This document shows, one piece after another, positions 46,783 to 56,474 of a stretch of 64,000 nucleotides of DNA. The notes below the pieces were generated by a model. The model did no database searches. It saw only the letters and a list, made by a program, of their open reading frames with translations, and was not told the DNA's origin. A program made the translations under genes and the position numbers. The DNA is from an uncultured Nitrospiraceae bacterium (GTDB lineage Bacteria > Nitrospirota > UBA9217): contig CAYUSP010000003.1 of NCBI GenBank assembly GCA_964447405.1, forward strand, positions 691,723-755,722, in the 5' to 3' direction. How positions within the stretch are numbered: the first letter of the stretch is position 1; each line of letters begins with the position of its first letter.

Positions 46783-47631
46783 CTATTGCAAAGTCCGCAG
46801 ATAGGAGATCACCGCCGCCAGATCAGCGGGTGTCAGCTTGCTGGTGGCATTTGTGACGACCTCTTCCATGGCCTTGTTGGCCACGTCGCCGTCCGGCAGT
46901 ATTCCGGTCTTCAAATACTTCGCCAGATCCTGATCGCTCCATTTTTTCAGCCGTGATGACGTCAGGTCAGGAACCTTCTTGCCGTCCGGGCCAATACCGC
47001 CTTTGAGATAGCTCTTCTTCTTGGGAGCACCAGCCAGGTTGCGAGGCGTATGACATTCGCCGCAATGCCCCACCGCCTGGACCAGATAGGCCCCGCGGTC
47101 GACAGATCCCGAACGCACGTGATCCGGAACGAACGGCCCGGGCGTGAAGAACAGCCACTGCCAGCCCCGGAGAGGGAAACGCATCCCGAAGAGCGGCCCG
47201 AGGTCATGCGGCCGGCTTGCGAGCTTGTCCGGTTTGAGTGAGCGCAGATAGGACCACAGGTCCTTCAGGTCGCTGTCACTGATCCCCGTGAATGAAGGAT
47301 ACGGGAATGCCGGGAAGTAGATCGCTCCATCGGGACGGACGCCATGGCGCATGGAACGGATGAAGTCGGATTCGCTCCAGCGACCGATTCCCCTATCGTT
47401 GTCCGGAGTGATATTCGGTCCGAAGAACGTGCCAAAGGGGGTCTTGAGCGCGCGTCCGCCTGCATAGGGTATAGCGCCTTCCCGGTCCTCGGTGTGGCAT
47501 CCCGCGCAATTGGCAATGCTTGCCAGATAGGCGCCCCGCTTCACATCCTCAACCGTTCCCGCCAGGCCATTCGATCCGGTCAGCAGCAGAACGAACAATC
47601 CGATAGCGACTGTCTGTTTCCTGTTTCCCAT
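46783..47631 (-). CDS. Dihaem c-type cytochrome (secreted)
   Basis: ORF trimmed to the ATG at 47631. It has a signal peptide and two CXXCH motifs (CAGCH, CGECH) in class-I cytochrome c-like contexts. Confidence 0.8.
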   Translation of the reverse strand: MGNRKQTVAIGLFVLLLTGSNGLAGTVEDVKRGAYLASIANCAGCHTEDREGAIPYAGGRALKTPFGTFFGPNITPDNDRGIGRWSESDFIRSMRHGVRPDGAIYFPAFPYPSFTGISDSDLKDLWSYLRSLKPDKLASRPHDLGPLFGMRFPLRGWQWLFFTPGPFVPDHVRSGSVDRGAYLVQAVGHCGECHTPRNLAGAPKKKSYLKGGIGPDGKKVPDLTSSRLKKWSDQDLAKYLKTGILPDGDVANKAMEEVVTNATSKLTPADLAAVISYLRTLQ

Positions 47632-47647
47632 ATCCACTCCATCCTGT

Positions 47648-47680
47648 GACAAAGAAGACCCCGCCCATCAGGGCGGGGCC
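47648..47680 (-). terminator. Rho-independent terminator after the cytochrome c' gene
   Basis: The minus strand reads GGCCCCGCCC-TGAT-GGGCGGGGTC followed by TTCTTTGT. Confidence 0.7.
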
Positions 47681-47700
47681 GTACCAAGCCATCAATGTCC

Positions 47701-48162
47701 CTACTGTTTCTTTTCACGGAAATTGTCGTGGCACCCGCCGCAGGTCTTGCCGAGTGCGCCGATAGCACCCTTTGTGGCGGCCTCGTCCTTACCTTTGGAT
47801 GCGGCGACCAGCTTGGCCACGGCTGCCTGCGTCTCATCCGTTGCCGCCTTAAACTTCGCCGTGTCGGAAAAGACCGCGGGGAGCGAGGCGGATTTTTCCT
47901 TTGCCGTGGCGGCATCAAAGCCGTCCCAGGGCATCTTGGCAAGCACTTCCAGGTACCCGGCATTGCGCGCGACGGTCTCCGCGTTGAAGGGGGCTTCGCC
48001 TTTCGCCATTGCGACAAGCGGGCCAAAATACTTCCCCTGCAGCGTCATGGCTGCCTGACGCTGCTTGACAAGCACCTCGGGTTTCATCTGTGAGAACGCC
48101 GTGACCGCAAGACCAGCAAACACCGCCATTGTTACGACCGAAACGAGCACCATCTTCTTCAT
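47701..48162 (-). CDS. Cytochrome c' / class II cytochrome c (four-helix bundle, C-terminal haem site)
   Basis: 153 aa. It has a signal peptide, helical composition, and a single CGGCH 10 residues from the C-terminus. Confidence 0.8.
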   Translation of the reverse strand: MKKMVLVSVVTMAVFAGLAVTAFSQMKPEVLVKQRQAAMTLQGKYFGPLVAMAKGEAPFNAETVARNAGYLEVLAKMPWDGFDAATAKEKSASLPAVFSDTAKFKAATDETQAAVAKLVAASKGKDEAATKGAIGALGKTCGGCHDNFREKKQ

Positions 48163-48413
48163 TACACACCTCCGTTGTTGGAATTACCCTGTCAGAACCG
48201 TAGCCAGGGTGTTTGATTAGATATCAAAATATACCATATTTCGAACCAGTCGGCATCCGCTTGATCGGCTCCGGATGGTCGCAAGAACTCTCCGGCTGAC
48301 AAGAGAAGATGCCAGGTTGAGCAGGAATGGTGTGCGGTGCACTACCTCTTTACGCAATGCTGACGGTTCTCTCTGATTCGTGCCATACAGTGCAGCATAT
48401 AGGTTTTTTTCTT

Positions 48414-48809
48414 CTAGAAACCGCCCATCCTCGACGCCAGCAGCGGGCAGAGCGCCATGATGGCCATGCCCAGCCCCAGCAGGTTCCCCTTCCTGATGTC
48501 AAAGTCATCCAGGATGGTCTCCCAGCGCATCTTCAGGATGAACCGGCCCACCACGACATCGAACAGCCCCATGAAGAGGGACAATGATATCCCGAGGACC
48601 AGCAACCCCCCGTCGGCCCTGATGTGCAAGAACGGCACATAGTAGTAGCAGATGAGCAGACAAAGGGCCAGCGCAGGCAGCAGCGATATCCGCTTCGCAT
48701 TCATCACTCCGACCCGCTTGTTCAGAAAGATCGTTCTGGCGATCCCGTTCAGCATTTCCGAGGCGGCGACAAGAATGAATAAACCGATTACGTGCAGGAT
48801 GAAGGTCAT
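48414..48809 (-). CDS. Hypothetical membrane protein (4 TM helices)
   Basis: ORF trimmed to the ATG at 48809, preceded by GGAAGGAA. It has hydrophobic helices, and I recognise no family. Confidence 0.5.
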   Translation of the reverse strand: MTFILHVIGLFILVAASEMLNGIARTIFLNKRVGVMNAKRISLLPALALCLLICYYYVPFLHIRADGGLLVLGISLSLFMGLFDVVVGRFILKMRWETILDDFDIRKGNLLGLGMAIMALCPLLASRMGGF

Positions 48810-48854
48810 GCGATCATTTCCTTCCGAAATAATCGAGCCAGAGGGCATCAAAGG

Positions 48855-49466
48855 TCAGGATGTTCGTGGCTTGTAACCAAGAATGGCCCAGAGCACCCAG
48901 AGCGACAGGTTCATGCCAAGGCCCAGATAGCCGTTATAGAGCGCGACGATCGTGGATGCGGCGTACACCACCATGCCGTACCGGTAGGCAATCGAGATCT
49001 TCCGCACATGGGCCGCCGAGATGCCGTGCTGCAGCAGGTCTCCGCGTACCATGCACTGCCAAATGAGATTGTAGCCGATGCTGATGAAGATGAAGGTCCC
49101 GCAATAGAATGCGGCGGCCGCGTTCAGCGCCCTGCCGTCGAGGTATTCGGCGAGCAGCGATGTGGGAAAGGGTACGAAACTGATCAGGAGCAGCAGGAAA
49201 CCGTTTGCATACAAGAAACCTGGATTGGTCCGCCGAACCATGTTGAACAAGCCATGGTGGTTGATCCACATGATCAGGATGGCAAAGAAGCTGAGCAGAA
49301 AGGCAAGGAACGACGGCCAGAGGCCGATGAGCGCCCCGGCAAGTTCCGCCGGTGAACTGTCGTGCGACATTTTTGGCACCTTGATCTCGAGGATCAAAAG
49401 CGTGATAGCGATGGCGAACACGCCGTCGCTGAAAGCTTCGACCCTGCCTGTTTCCTTTTCTTGCAT
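48855..49466 (-). CDS. TMEM175/DUF1211 family potassium channel-like protein
   Basis: ORF trimmed to the ATG at 49466. RVEAFSDGVFAIAITLLILEI is the RxxxFSD signature helix, and the protein has six TM segments. Confidence 0.75.
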   Translation of the reverse strand: MQEKETGRVEAFSDGVFAIAITLLILEIKVPKMSHDSSPAELAGALIGLWPSFLAFLLSFFAILIMWINHHGLFNMVRRTNPGFLYANGFLLLLISFVPFPTSLLAEYLDGRALNAAAAFYCGTFIFISIGYNLIWQCMVRGDLLQHGISAAHVRKISIAYRYGMVVYAASTIVALYNGYLGLGMNLSLWVLWAILGYKPRTS

Positions 49467-49546
49467 GGGATCCTCTCTTGTGATTAGCATCGTCCGTCGG
49501 TTCGTGACCCTATAAGTTCGGCAGCGACGGCCCGCCCCCGCAGGCG

Positions 49547-50038
49547 TCATTTCACGGGGACGAGGACGATATCGAACGTCCCTTTCCGGCTCCCCTCTTC
49601 GCGATACTGCTGCGTCATCAGGATATCGAATCCCGGGGCCGAGACCCGGAGATGAATGTGCGGCGGCCTGCCCGAGTACGGCGGCGGGACATGGCTCTCA
49701 AACCGGTATGCGCCTTTCCCGTCGGCAATGACCGTTGCGCGATAGGCGTCGCCATATCCGCCGTCCGGCCCGGCAAGCCACAGTTCGATGACCGCACCTT
49801 TGATCGGAGCGCAGTCCTTCGCCGAGCGGACCATGCCCTCGAGGACATACCCTTTCCCCACGCTTGCGCGCACCGGCGAGCCAGGCTCGTAATACGGACC
49901 GAGAGCATCGGGTTCCGTCGGCCTACAGGAGCCCGCATTCGCATCGAGCTGCAAGAGCAGCAGGAGTACGGCCGACAGAAAGGGCCGTAAGCCACGTCTT
50001 CTCATGGCATCCTCGGCATTGCCCGGTGTTGTCTTCAT
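49547..50038 (-). CDS. Secreted intradiol ring-cleavage dioxygenase-like protein
   Basis: It has a signal peptide, then ...GPYYEPGSP...G.VIELW.A...G.Y...RF.S..P.PY.GRPPHIH..V, a dioxygenase beta-sandwich pattern. An alternative start is at 50005. Confidence 0.65.
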   Translation of the reverse strand: MKTTPGNAEDAMRRRGLRPFLSAVLLLLLQLDANAGSCRPTEPDALGPYYEPGSPVRASVGKGYVLEGMVRSAKDCAPIKGAVIELWLAGPDGGYGDAYRATVIADGKGAYRFESHVPPPYSGRPPHIHLRVSAPGFDILMTQQYREEGSRKGTFDIVLVPVK

Positions 50039-50056
50039 GCTCGATCCTGTGACGAA

Positions 50057-50524
50057 TCATTTCTTTCCGAACTTCTCTTTCCAGATGACATCCGCCTTCT
50101 TGATGTGGCCGGGAATGTCCCTGCTCCATTTCCCATATGCCTCCTGGCTGCAGTTCAGGTACAGCTTCCCGTCCACGATCTTCCAGACCTCCGGGTCCGT
50201 TATCGCCAGCCGGGACTCGGTCATAGCCCAGGCACAATACCCGTCATACTGAGGGGCGTACTTCTCCGGACTTGCCGCGAACAGGTCCCGGTTCTCCTTG
50301 GTCGAGAAATGCCAGGTCATATCATGCCAGGGGAATGTGAATGACCCGCTGCCTTTCATTGCCTTGCCGGCTTTGAAATAAGCCACGGCGTCATATCCCT
50401 TGATCGCAACCTCATTCTGCGGCGACGCCGAAGCAGGAGAGCCTCCCAATCGGATAAGCAGCAGGAAGAGACCAGCGATGAACATCAAATACCCATAAGT
50501 CGTTCTTCTTGATCTCATATGCAT
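50057..50524 (-). CDS. YHS domain-containing protein (secreted)
   Basis: It has a signal peptide, then ...AIKGYDAVAYF...G....F...W.FS..ENRDLF...PEKYAPQYDGYCAWAM..., a YHS-type pattern. Confidence 0.65.
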   Translation of the reverse strand: MHMRSRRTTYGYLMFIAGLFLLLIRLGGSPASASPQNEVAIKGYDAVAYFKAGKAMKGSGSFTFPWHDMTWHFSTKENRDLFAASPEKYAPQYDGYCAWAMTESRLAITDPEVWKIVDGKLYLNCSQEAYGKWSRDIPGHIKKADVIWKEKFGKK

Positions 50525-50581
50525 GCACCTCCCTCATATTATTATCGATGAGCCACCCCTCTTCTCATTTTATCATTTTTT

Positions 50582-50803
50582 TCACTGGGCCCCGTGCCTG
50601 GCTACCGCAGCCTTCACCCGGCGCAGGAGCCTGCGGGCCCAGATGAACTCCGTCCCAAGGACAGCGAGACCGATTGGTATCACCACGACCGCAGGCCCGG
50701 GGAGAACGATCATCGCCACTCCGGCCAGAAGGATCGTCGCACCTACTACGAGAACGATCAGCCTCCGGGCATGCCTCACCGCTCTGTTCAGGACATCATT
50801 CAT
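50582..50803 (-). CDS. PGPGW domain small membrane protein
   Basis: ORF trimmed to the ATG at 50803. ...VVGATILLAGVAMIVLPGPAVVVIPIGLAVLGTEFIWARRLL... is the PGPGW-type two-TM pattern. Confidence 0.55.
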   Translation of the reverse strand: MNDVLNRAVRHARRLIVLVVGATILLAGVAMIVLPGPAVVVIPIGLAVLGTEFIWARRLLRRVKAAVARHGAQ

Positions 50804-50894
50804 GGCATCGCCGCCATATCCCCGTCCAGAGCATGCCCTGCACAAGAACAGCTCGCAGTTTGCCCGGACCATTGGATGCGACTGCTGGAAACAC

Positions 50895-51293
50895 TTACTT
50901 CTCTCTCCGGTAACAGTATCTTGCAGCCGCAAGCGCCAGGATGATGGCCGCAATGCCCACCAGCGTCATGCCCGCGAGCTCCTTCACATCCAGGGTAATG
51001 ACCTTGCGCGCGATGGCGATCATGGCCACGGTCAGGACCACCTCGAAGTGCACTACATTATCCTTGAGATAGGCCTTGATCGTCTCGAGCAGCTCCACGC
51101 CGATCAACACCAGCAAAAACAGCCCGAAGATGTCCAGCAGCTCATCGATCTCGAGCAGGAGGACCGGCGGAGTGATGATGTCCTTGATGATGATCCATCC
51201 CAGCTCGATGGTCGCCAGCAGAACGACGACGGCCATCAATATGACCAGCGTGGCCGTTACCGCCTTTTCGAACTTCTTCAGCAGATCAAGCAT
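50895..51293 (-). CDS. PsiE-like (phosphate-starvation-inducible E family) membrane protein
   Basis: ORF trimmed to the ATG at 51293, preceded by AGGAGG. It has four TM helices with ...LLVLIGVELLETIK.Y.......VVLTVAMIAIARKVI... Confidence 0.55.
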   Translation of the reverse strand: MLDLLKKFEKAVTATLVILMAVVVLLATIELGWIIIKDIITPPVLLLEIDELLDIFGLFLLVLIGVELLETIKAYLKDNVVHFEVVLTVAMIAIARKVITLDVKELAGMTLVGIAAIILALAAARYCYRREK

Positions 51294-53979
51294 GTTCCCT
51301 CCTTCGGCGCAGCCATTTGTCGATCTCGACGACAAAAACGACGGTAAGTGAAAGCAGACATACCCGGCCCCACTCCTGAACCGTGAGCGGCTCGGTCTTG
51401 AAGACCCACTGCAGCGCCGGCACGTAGATGAACGCGAGCTGCGCCAGGACAGACGCTGCGATGGCGAAGAGCAGCAGCGGATTGCTCAGCAGGCCGATCC
51501 GGAACACCGACAGCGTCTCGGACCGGCTGTTCCAGGTCTGGAAGAACTGGAAGAAAACCATGGTGGTCACGGCGATGGTCCGCGCCTGCTCGAGGTGCTC
51601 GCCGATGGCGAGGGCGTGGTGGAAGCTGTACACGACGCCGGCGGCGATGAGCGCTCCGACCAGCACGGTGCGCTGCACCAGCACGGCAGACATCACTCCC
51701 TCCTTCGGGTCACGCGGCGGCCGCAGGACGACGCCCGGCTCACCCGGCTCGAAGGTGAGCGCCAGCACCTGGAGCCCGTTCGTCACGAGGTTGATCCAGA
51801 GCAGCTGCGACGGCGTGTACGGCATGGGAAGCCCCAGCGCGATCGTGCCGATGATCGACAGGATCGCGGCGACGCCCGTAGGGATCAGGAAGAAGACGAC
51901 CTTCCGTATGTTGTCGAACACGATCCGGCCTTCCTCGACCGCCGCGAAGATCGTGGCGAAGTTGTCGTCAATGATTACCATGTCCGACGCCTCCTTGGCA
52001 ACATCCGTTCCGGTACGGCCCATGGCGATCCCGATATGCGCGGCCTTGAGCGCCGGCGCGTCGTTCACGCCGTCTCCCGTCATGGCCACGATCTCGCCGT
52101 GCCGGATGAGCTGCCGGGCGATGCGCAGCTTGTGGTGCGGCGCCACGCGGGCAAAGATCGACACGGTCCTGACCTTCTCGAACAGCTCGTCGTCGCCCAT
52201 CTCCTCGAGCTCCCTGCCCGTGAGCGCTGCACCGGTGCCGTCCCCGATGCCGATCATCCTCCCGATGGCGCCGGCGGTGGTGGCGTGGTCGCCGGTGATC
52301 ATGACAACGCGGATGCCCGCCTTCCGGCAGCCCTTCACCGCGTCCATAGCCTCGGGCCGCGGTGGATCGATCATGCCCTGGAGACCCGTAAGCGTGAGAT
52401 CACCCTCCACGTGCCCGTGCGTGAGCTCTTCGAGGTCCGGCGGCGCCTCCTTGTAGGCCATGGCCAGGACACGCATGCCCTCGGACGCGAACCGATGCGC
52501 TGCGTTGAGGAGCTCCTTCGCCCGGAGCGCACCGGTCAGGTGGCAGGACGTGCAGAGGTCGATGACACGCTCGGGGCCGCCCTTGACGAAGATGTACTTC
52601 CTGCCGTCGTGTCGGTGCAGCGTCGCCATGTAGCCCCGGTCGGACTCGAAAGGCACCATCGAGACGAGCGGCCAGTCCCGCTTCTCGTCCTCGGGGCGGA
52701 GGCCCGCCTTCATGGCAGAGACGATGAGCGCCCCCTCGGTCGGGTCGCCGTCGACGCGGTACGTGCCGTCCTCCTCGTAGACCTCTGATTCGTTGCAGAG
52801 CAGGCCGATCCGCAGGTTCAGGAACAGGTCCTTTCGTTCCTGCTCCGTGATGGGAAGCCACCCGTGCAGGACCTCGCCGCCAGGGTCATACCCGGTCCCG
52901 GTCACTTCGAAGACGTGCTGGCCGTCGTGGACCACCTTGACGGTCATCTCGTTCTTCGTGAGCGTGCCGGTCTTGTCGGTGCAGATGACGGTCGTGCTGC
53001 CAAGGGTCTCGACAGCCGGCAGCTTCCGGACGATGGCGTTCCGGCGCGCCATGTTCCGGACGCCCAGGGCGAGCGCGATGGTCAGCACCGCCGGAAGGCC
53101 CTCGGGGATGGTGGCGACGGCCGCGGCCACGGCAGTCATGAACATGTCCTTGACCGTTTCGCCGACCAGCAACCCGATGCCGAAGAGAAGGCACGATGCC
53201 GACAGTACCACGTACCCGATCATGGCCGAGAAGCGGTGGAACTTCTGCTGCAGCGGCGCCGGTGCTGTTTCCGCTTCCCGAATCTCGCGGGCGATGCTGC
53301 CGAGGACGGAGCGCGCGCCCGTGGCGACCACGACGCCGCGGCCGCGGCCGTTCACGACGACCGTGCCCAGGAAGGCCATGTTCCGCTGGTCCCCGGGCGG
53401 CAGGTTCGGTTCGGCAATGGCTGACACGGTCTTCTGCGCGGGCAGCGACTCGCCGGTCAGCATGGACTCGTCGGTCTTGAGCTCCAGCGCCTTCACGAGC
53501 CGGATGTCCGCCGGCACCTTGACGCCCGAGGCGAGCAGGACGATGTCGCCTGGCACCAGTTCCGCACTGTCGATCTCGTGCTCCCTGCCGTCCCTGACCA
53601 CCCGCGCCTTCGGCACCACCAGCTTCTTGAGTGCCCGGACGCTCTCCTCGGCCCGGTATTCCTGGAAGAAGCCGATCGCCGCGTTCAGGACCACGACCGT
53701 CAGAATGACGCCCGAGTCCACGACCTCCTCGAGCAGGGCGGTCACCACAGCGGCGATGAGAAGGATGTAGATCAAGGGGCTCGTGAACTGACCCGCAAGG
53801 ATCCGGAGCTTGCTGATCCGGTCCTCCTCACCGAGGCGGTTCAGGCCGTGCTCGATCAGCCGTTCGTGGACCTTTGACGACGACAGTCCCTGGTCCGACG
53901 TCGCGAGAGCATGCAGCACATCACTGCTTTCCTGCTGATAAGGCCGAAGATCGGATCGTTCAGGTGTCGTTGGTGACAT
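51286..53979 (-). CDS. P-type cation-transporting ATPase (type IIA/IIB-like, Ca2+/Mg2+ class)
   Basis: ORF trimmed to the ATG at 53979, preceded by GGGAGAC. It has a Cation_ATPase_N-type start, TGES, CTDKTGTLT, MITGDH, and GDGVNDAPALK. Confidence 0.9.
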   Translation of the reverse strand: MSPTTPERSDLRPYQQESSDVLHALATSDQGLSSSKVHERLIEHGLNRLGEEDRISKLRILAGQFTSPLIYILLIAAVVTALLEEVVDSGVILTVVVLNAAIGFFQEYRAEESVRALKKLVVPKARVVRDGREHEIDSAELVPGDIVLLASGVKVPADIRLVKALELKTDESMLTGESLPAQKTVSAIAEPNLPPGDQRNMAFLGTVVVNGRGRGVVVATGARSVLGSIAREIREAETAPAPLQQKFHRFSAMIGYVVLSASCLLFGIGLLVGETVKDMFMTAVAAAVATIPEGLPAVLTIALALGVRNMARRNAIVRKLPAVETLGSTTVICTDKTGTLTKNEMTVKVVHDGQHVFEVTGTGYDPGGEVLHGWLPITEQERKDLFLNLRIGLLCNESEVYEEDGTYRVDGDPTEGALIVSAMKAGLRPEDEKRDWPLVSMVPFESDRGYMATLHRHDGRKYIFVKGGPERVIDLCTSCHLTGALRAKELLNAAHRFASEGMRVLAMAYKEAPPDLEELTHGHVEGDLTLTGLQGMIDPPRPEAMDAVKGCRKAGIRVVMITGDHATTAGAIGRMIGIGDGTGAALTGRELEEMGDDELFEKVRTVSIFARVAPHHKLRIARQLIRHGEIVAMTGDGVNDAPALKAAHIGIAMGRTGTDVAKEASDMVIIDDNFATIFAAVEEGRIVFDNIRKVVFFLIPTGVAAILSIIGTIALGLPMPYTPSQLLWINLVTNGLQVLALTFEPGEPGVVLRPPRDPKEGVMSAVLVQRTVLVGALIAAGVVYSFHHALAIGEHLEQARTIAVTTMVFFQFFQTWNSRSETLSVFRIGLLSNPLLLFAIAASVLAQLAFIYVPALQWVFKTEPLTVQEWGRVCLLSLTVVFVVEIDKWLRRRREHA

Positions 53980-54032
53980 GGCGTCTCCCGTGGTGCAGCT
54001 GCGGAGCAAAGCACATACGTTAGCAAGTAGCG

Positions 54033-54782
54033 TTAAAAGCGTATCTCCATACCTGCCACTGCATAGTGAAACAGCGAGAATGTATATACTTCGCTATTGT
54101 CGGCACCGCCTTCCAGCACGCGGTAGCCGGCAAAGAATCTGGTCGAGCCGCTGACGTCATACATCATCGCGAAAAATACGTCCTCGGCCCTGCCTTGTGT
54201 CGAGCCGAGCGCGTCGCCGGCAACGCGGAACGTCCAGGGCTTCGTGAACCGCCAGTCAATAAGGAAATTGATCAGCGGTACGAAGCCGGTGTTCTTTTTC
54301 TCGGCCCGCAGGCCGCCCCCCTCGACCGTGATCGCCGCATCACGGACCTTGGCAGTCAATCCCACCCAGGTGTCGAGATCATCGCGAGTGACGAGATTCC
54401 TGCGCCAGGTAAAGCGATAGGAGTCGAAGCGGAATGTGGCGTCAAGGTCCGTTCCTGCCGGGAAGGTCTTTCCGGCAAAGCGGATATCCCGGTCCAAACG
54501 GCCGTGGGAACTCAAGCTGAGCGGAGAAACGACGACACCGAAGTAATCGCGCATATCACGAATGTACCCGGCTTCCAGCCGCCCGGTGAATTTGGTGTCG
54601 GTCTTAAGGTCGTCAGAGAACGAAAACCGCGTCCCGGTATCTCCCGGGATGCGGACATCATTCTTACTCGTAAATACTTCCGCAGCCTGCAGATTGAATA
54701 CATATTCCGCAGCCACCGGATCCGGCAGGCAGAGGAACCCGGTCAGAGTGATTAACAGACCTGCAATCCGTGCATTGATCAT
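54033..54782 (-). CDS. Outer-membrane beta-barrel protein, function unknown
   Basis: ORF trimmed to the ATG at 54782, preceded by AAGGAG. It has a signal peptide, an alternating beta pattern, and ends ...AVAGMEIRF. Confidence 0.55.
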   Translation of the reverse strand: MINARIAGLLITLTGFLCLPDPVAAEYVFNLQAAEVFTSKNDVRIPGDTGTRFSFSDDLKTDTKFTGRLEAGYIRDMRDYFGVVVSPLSLSSHGRLDRDIRFAGKTFPAGTDLDATFRFDSYRFTWRRNLVTRDDLDTWVGLTAKVRDAAITVEGGGLRAEKKNTGFVPLINFLIDWRFTKPWTFRVAGDALGSTQGRAEDVFFAMMYDVSGSTRFFAGYRVLEGGADNSEVYTFSLFHYAVAGMEIRF

Positions 54783-55069
54783 GGCGGACTCCTTTTTTTC
54801 TTCTCGATAAATGCTCGGTCCCAACACAGAGGAACCGAACAATATGTTTCTCAAACGCGCCAAGCGCCCGCTGCAATTACTGCACACGAAGACCTGGCAA
54901 CGCGTTCTTTTAATTGATCGACTGGCGGCCTTTGCGGACGCGCCCGGGAACCGCTTAGCTTGCTACGGTCGCAAGGCGAGACACGTCCCCCGTTTTCGCA
55001 CTGCTGTTTACTTAATTATATATGAGAATGGCGTTTCGGGAGAATGAAACCGCATATCCCGCTGCCCGT

Positions 55070-56236
55070 CTATGAGGCTCTAAGCGCCTCGACGATTTTC
55101 ATGCGGCTGGCGCGGAAGGCCGGCAGCACACCGCCCACCAAGCCCATGATCAGCGAGAAGATGAGCGACTGCACGACGATTTCCGGGGTGAGGCTGAAGG
55201 AGAATGCCAGCTCCGAAAAGGTCTGCCAGTTCACGGTCGAGATGGTGAAGAGCTGCAGAAACGACGAAATGAAAATCCCCGCAAGCCCGCCGACGAGGCC
55301 CAGCAGAAGGGACTCCACGAGGAACACGACCATGATGCTCCTCCTTCGAAACCCGAGTGCACGGAGCGTGCCGATCTCGGCGGTGCGGTTGGCCACGGCC
55401 GCGTACATGGTGATCATGGCGCCGATGACTGCGCCGAGGGAGAAGATGATCGTAAGCGTCATTCCCATGATGCTCAGAAAGGTTGCCATCATCTCGGACT
55501 GGTCGCTGTAGAATTGCTTTTCGCGTTTCGCTTCCAGAGTAAGACGCGGGTCCGTTTCGATCCGTTCCTTCAATGTTGGAAAGGCCGAGGCATCCCTCAA
55601 CCGGAAGAGCACTGATGAGTACACCGGTCTGCGAAATGCCTGCATAAGCTGGTCCGAGTCCCCCCAGATCTCGGAGCTGAAGCCCGTGGTGCCCGCGTCA
55701 AAGGTCCCGACCACGGTCCAGTCGCGCATGCCGAACCGAAGCGTCTCGCCGATACCGCCGCCCTTGAAACGCTTTGCCACGCTCTGGCCCGCGATCACCT
55801 CCAAGGATCCCGGCCTGGGCATATGCCCGTCAACCAGTTTCACCTGCGGCCGCAGCGCGAGCGATGCATCGGTGATGCCGCGGATAACCACATTCGACGG
55901 CTTGTCCGTGCCCCGCTTGGGCAGGGAAATGAGCACCACGATCTCCTTGGCCAGGAGCTGCCTGCCGTCAATGCCAACGGCGATCTCGGGCTGGGACTCG
56001 ACCACAGCGGCCTGGCTGCGGTCCACGCCGCTCTGGACCTCGGTCTGCGAAGCCTTGCGGATCACGACCACATTGTCCAACGATCCGGTCTGGACCAGCG
56101 TCTGCCTGAGCCCGGTCGCCAGCATCAAGGTTGCGGCAAACACGAAGACCACAAGCGCCATGCCCGAAGCGGTCAGCACCGTGGTGAGACGGCGGGTCCA
56201 GAGGTTCCGGAAGCTGTAGGAGAAAGGAATGGCCAT
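55070..56236 (-). CDS. ABC transporter permease, FtsX/MacB-type (second of two)
   Basis: 388 aa. It has an N-terminal TM helix, a large periplasmic MacB_PCD-like domain, and a C-terminal FtsX 3-TM bundle (...EIGTLRALGFRRRSI...). Confidence 0.85.
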   Translation of the reverse strand: MAIPFSYSFRNLWTRRLTTVLTASGMALVVFVFAATLMLATGLRQTLVQTGSLDNVVVIRKASQTEVQSGVDRSQAAVVESQPEIAVGIDGRQLLAKEIVVLISLPKRGTDKPSNVVIRGITDASLALRPQVKLVDGHMPRPGSLEVIAGQSVAKRFKGGGIGETLRFGMRDWTVVGTFDAGTTGFSSEIWGDSDQLMQAFRRPVYSSVLFRLRDASAFPTLKERIETDPRLTLEAKREKQFYSDQSEMMATFLSIMGMTLTIIFSLGAVIGAMITMYAAVANRTAEIGTLRALGFRRRSIMVVFLVESLLLGLVGGLAGIFISSFLQLFTISTVNWQTFSELAFSFSLTPEIVVQSLIFSLIMGLVGGVLPAFRASRMKIVEALRAS

Positions 56237-56264
56237 AGTTAGCGTATGAGACTAAAGATTAAAA

Positions 56265-56464
56265 AATCTTTGACACGGAAGGAGCGGATGAAAAGCGGAT
56301 ATTGGCAGATAACGCCTAAATAGGTCCGTATCCCTCAGTGTTAAGCACGTCATTCTTTTAATGTTAACAGCTTCGTTCTAGAAGCGAGGATGAACCTCGG
56401 ATTGCGATTGTTAAAATCCGCCCTTATCCGGATTTCTGATCCGCCGTGATCCGTGTCAAAGATT
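56265..56464. repeat. 200-bp element bounded by a perfect 15-bp inverted repeat AATCTTTGACACGGA / TCCGTGTCAAAGATT, inserted between the two permease genes
   Basis: The arms are at 56265-56279 and 56450-56464. The sub-terminal GCGGAT-rich imperfect repeats also pair. The interior is AT-rich and has no ORF. It begins 10 nt after the upstream permease stop. Confidence 0.8.
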
Positions 56465-56474
56465 CGACCGTGTC

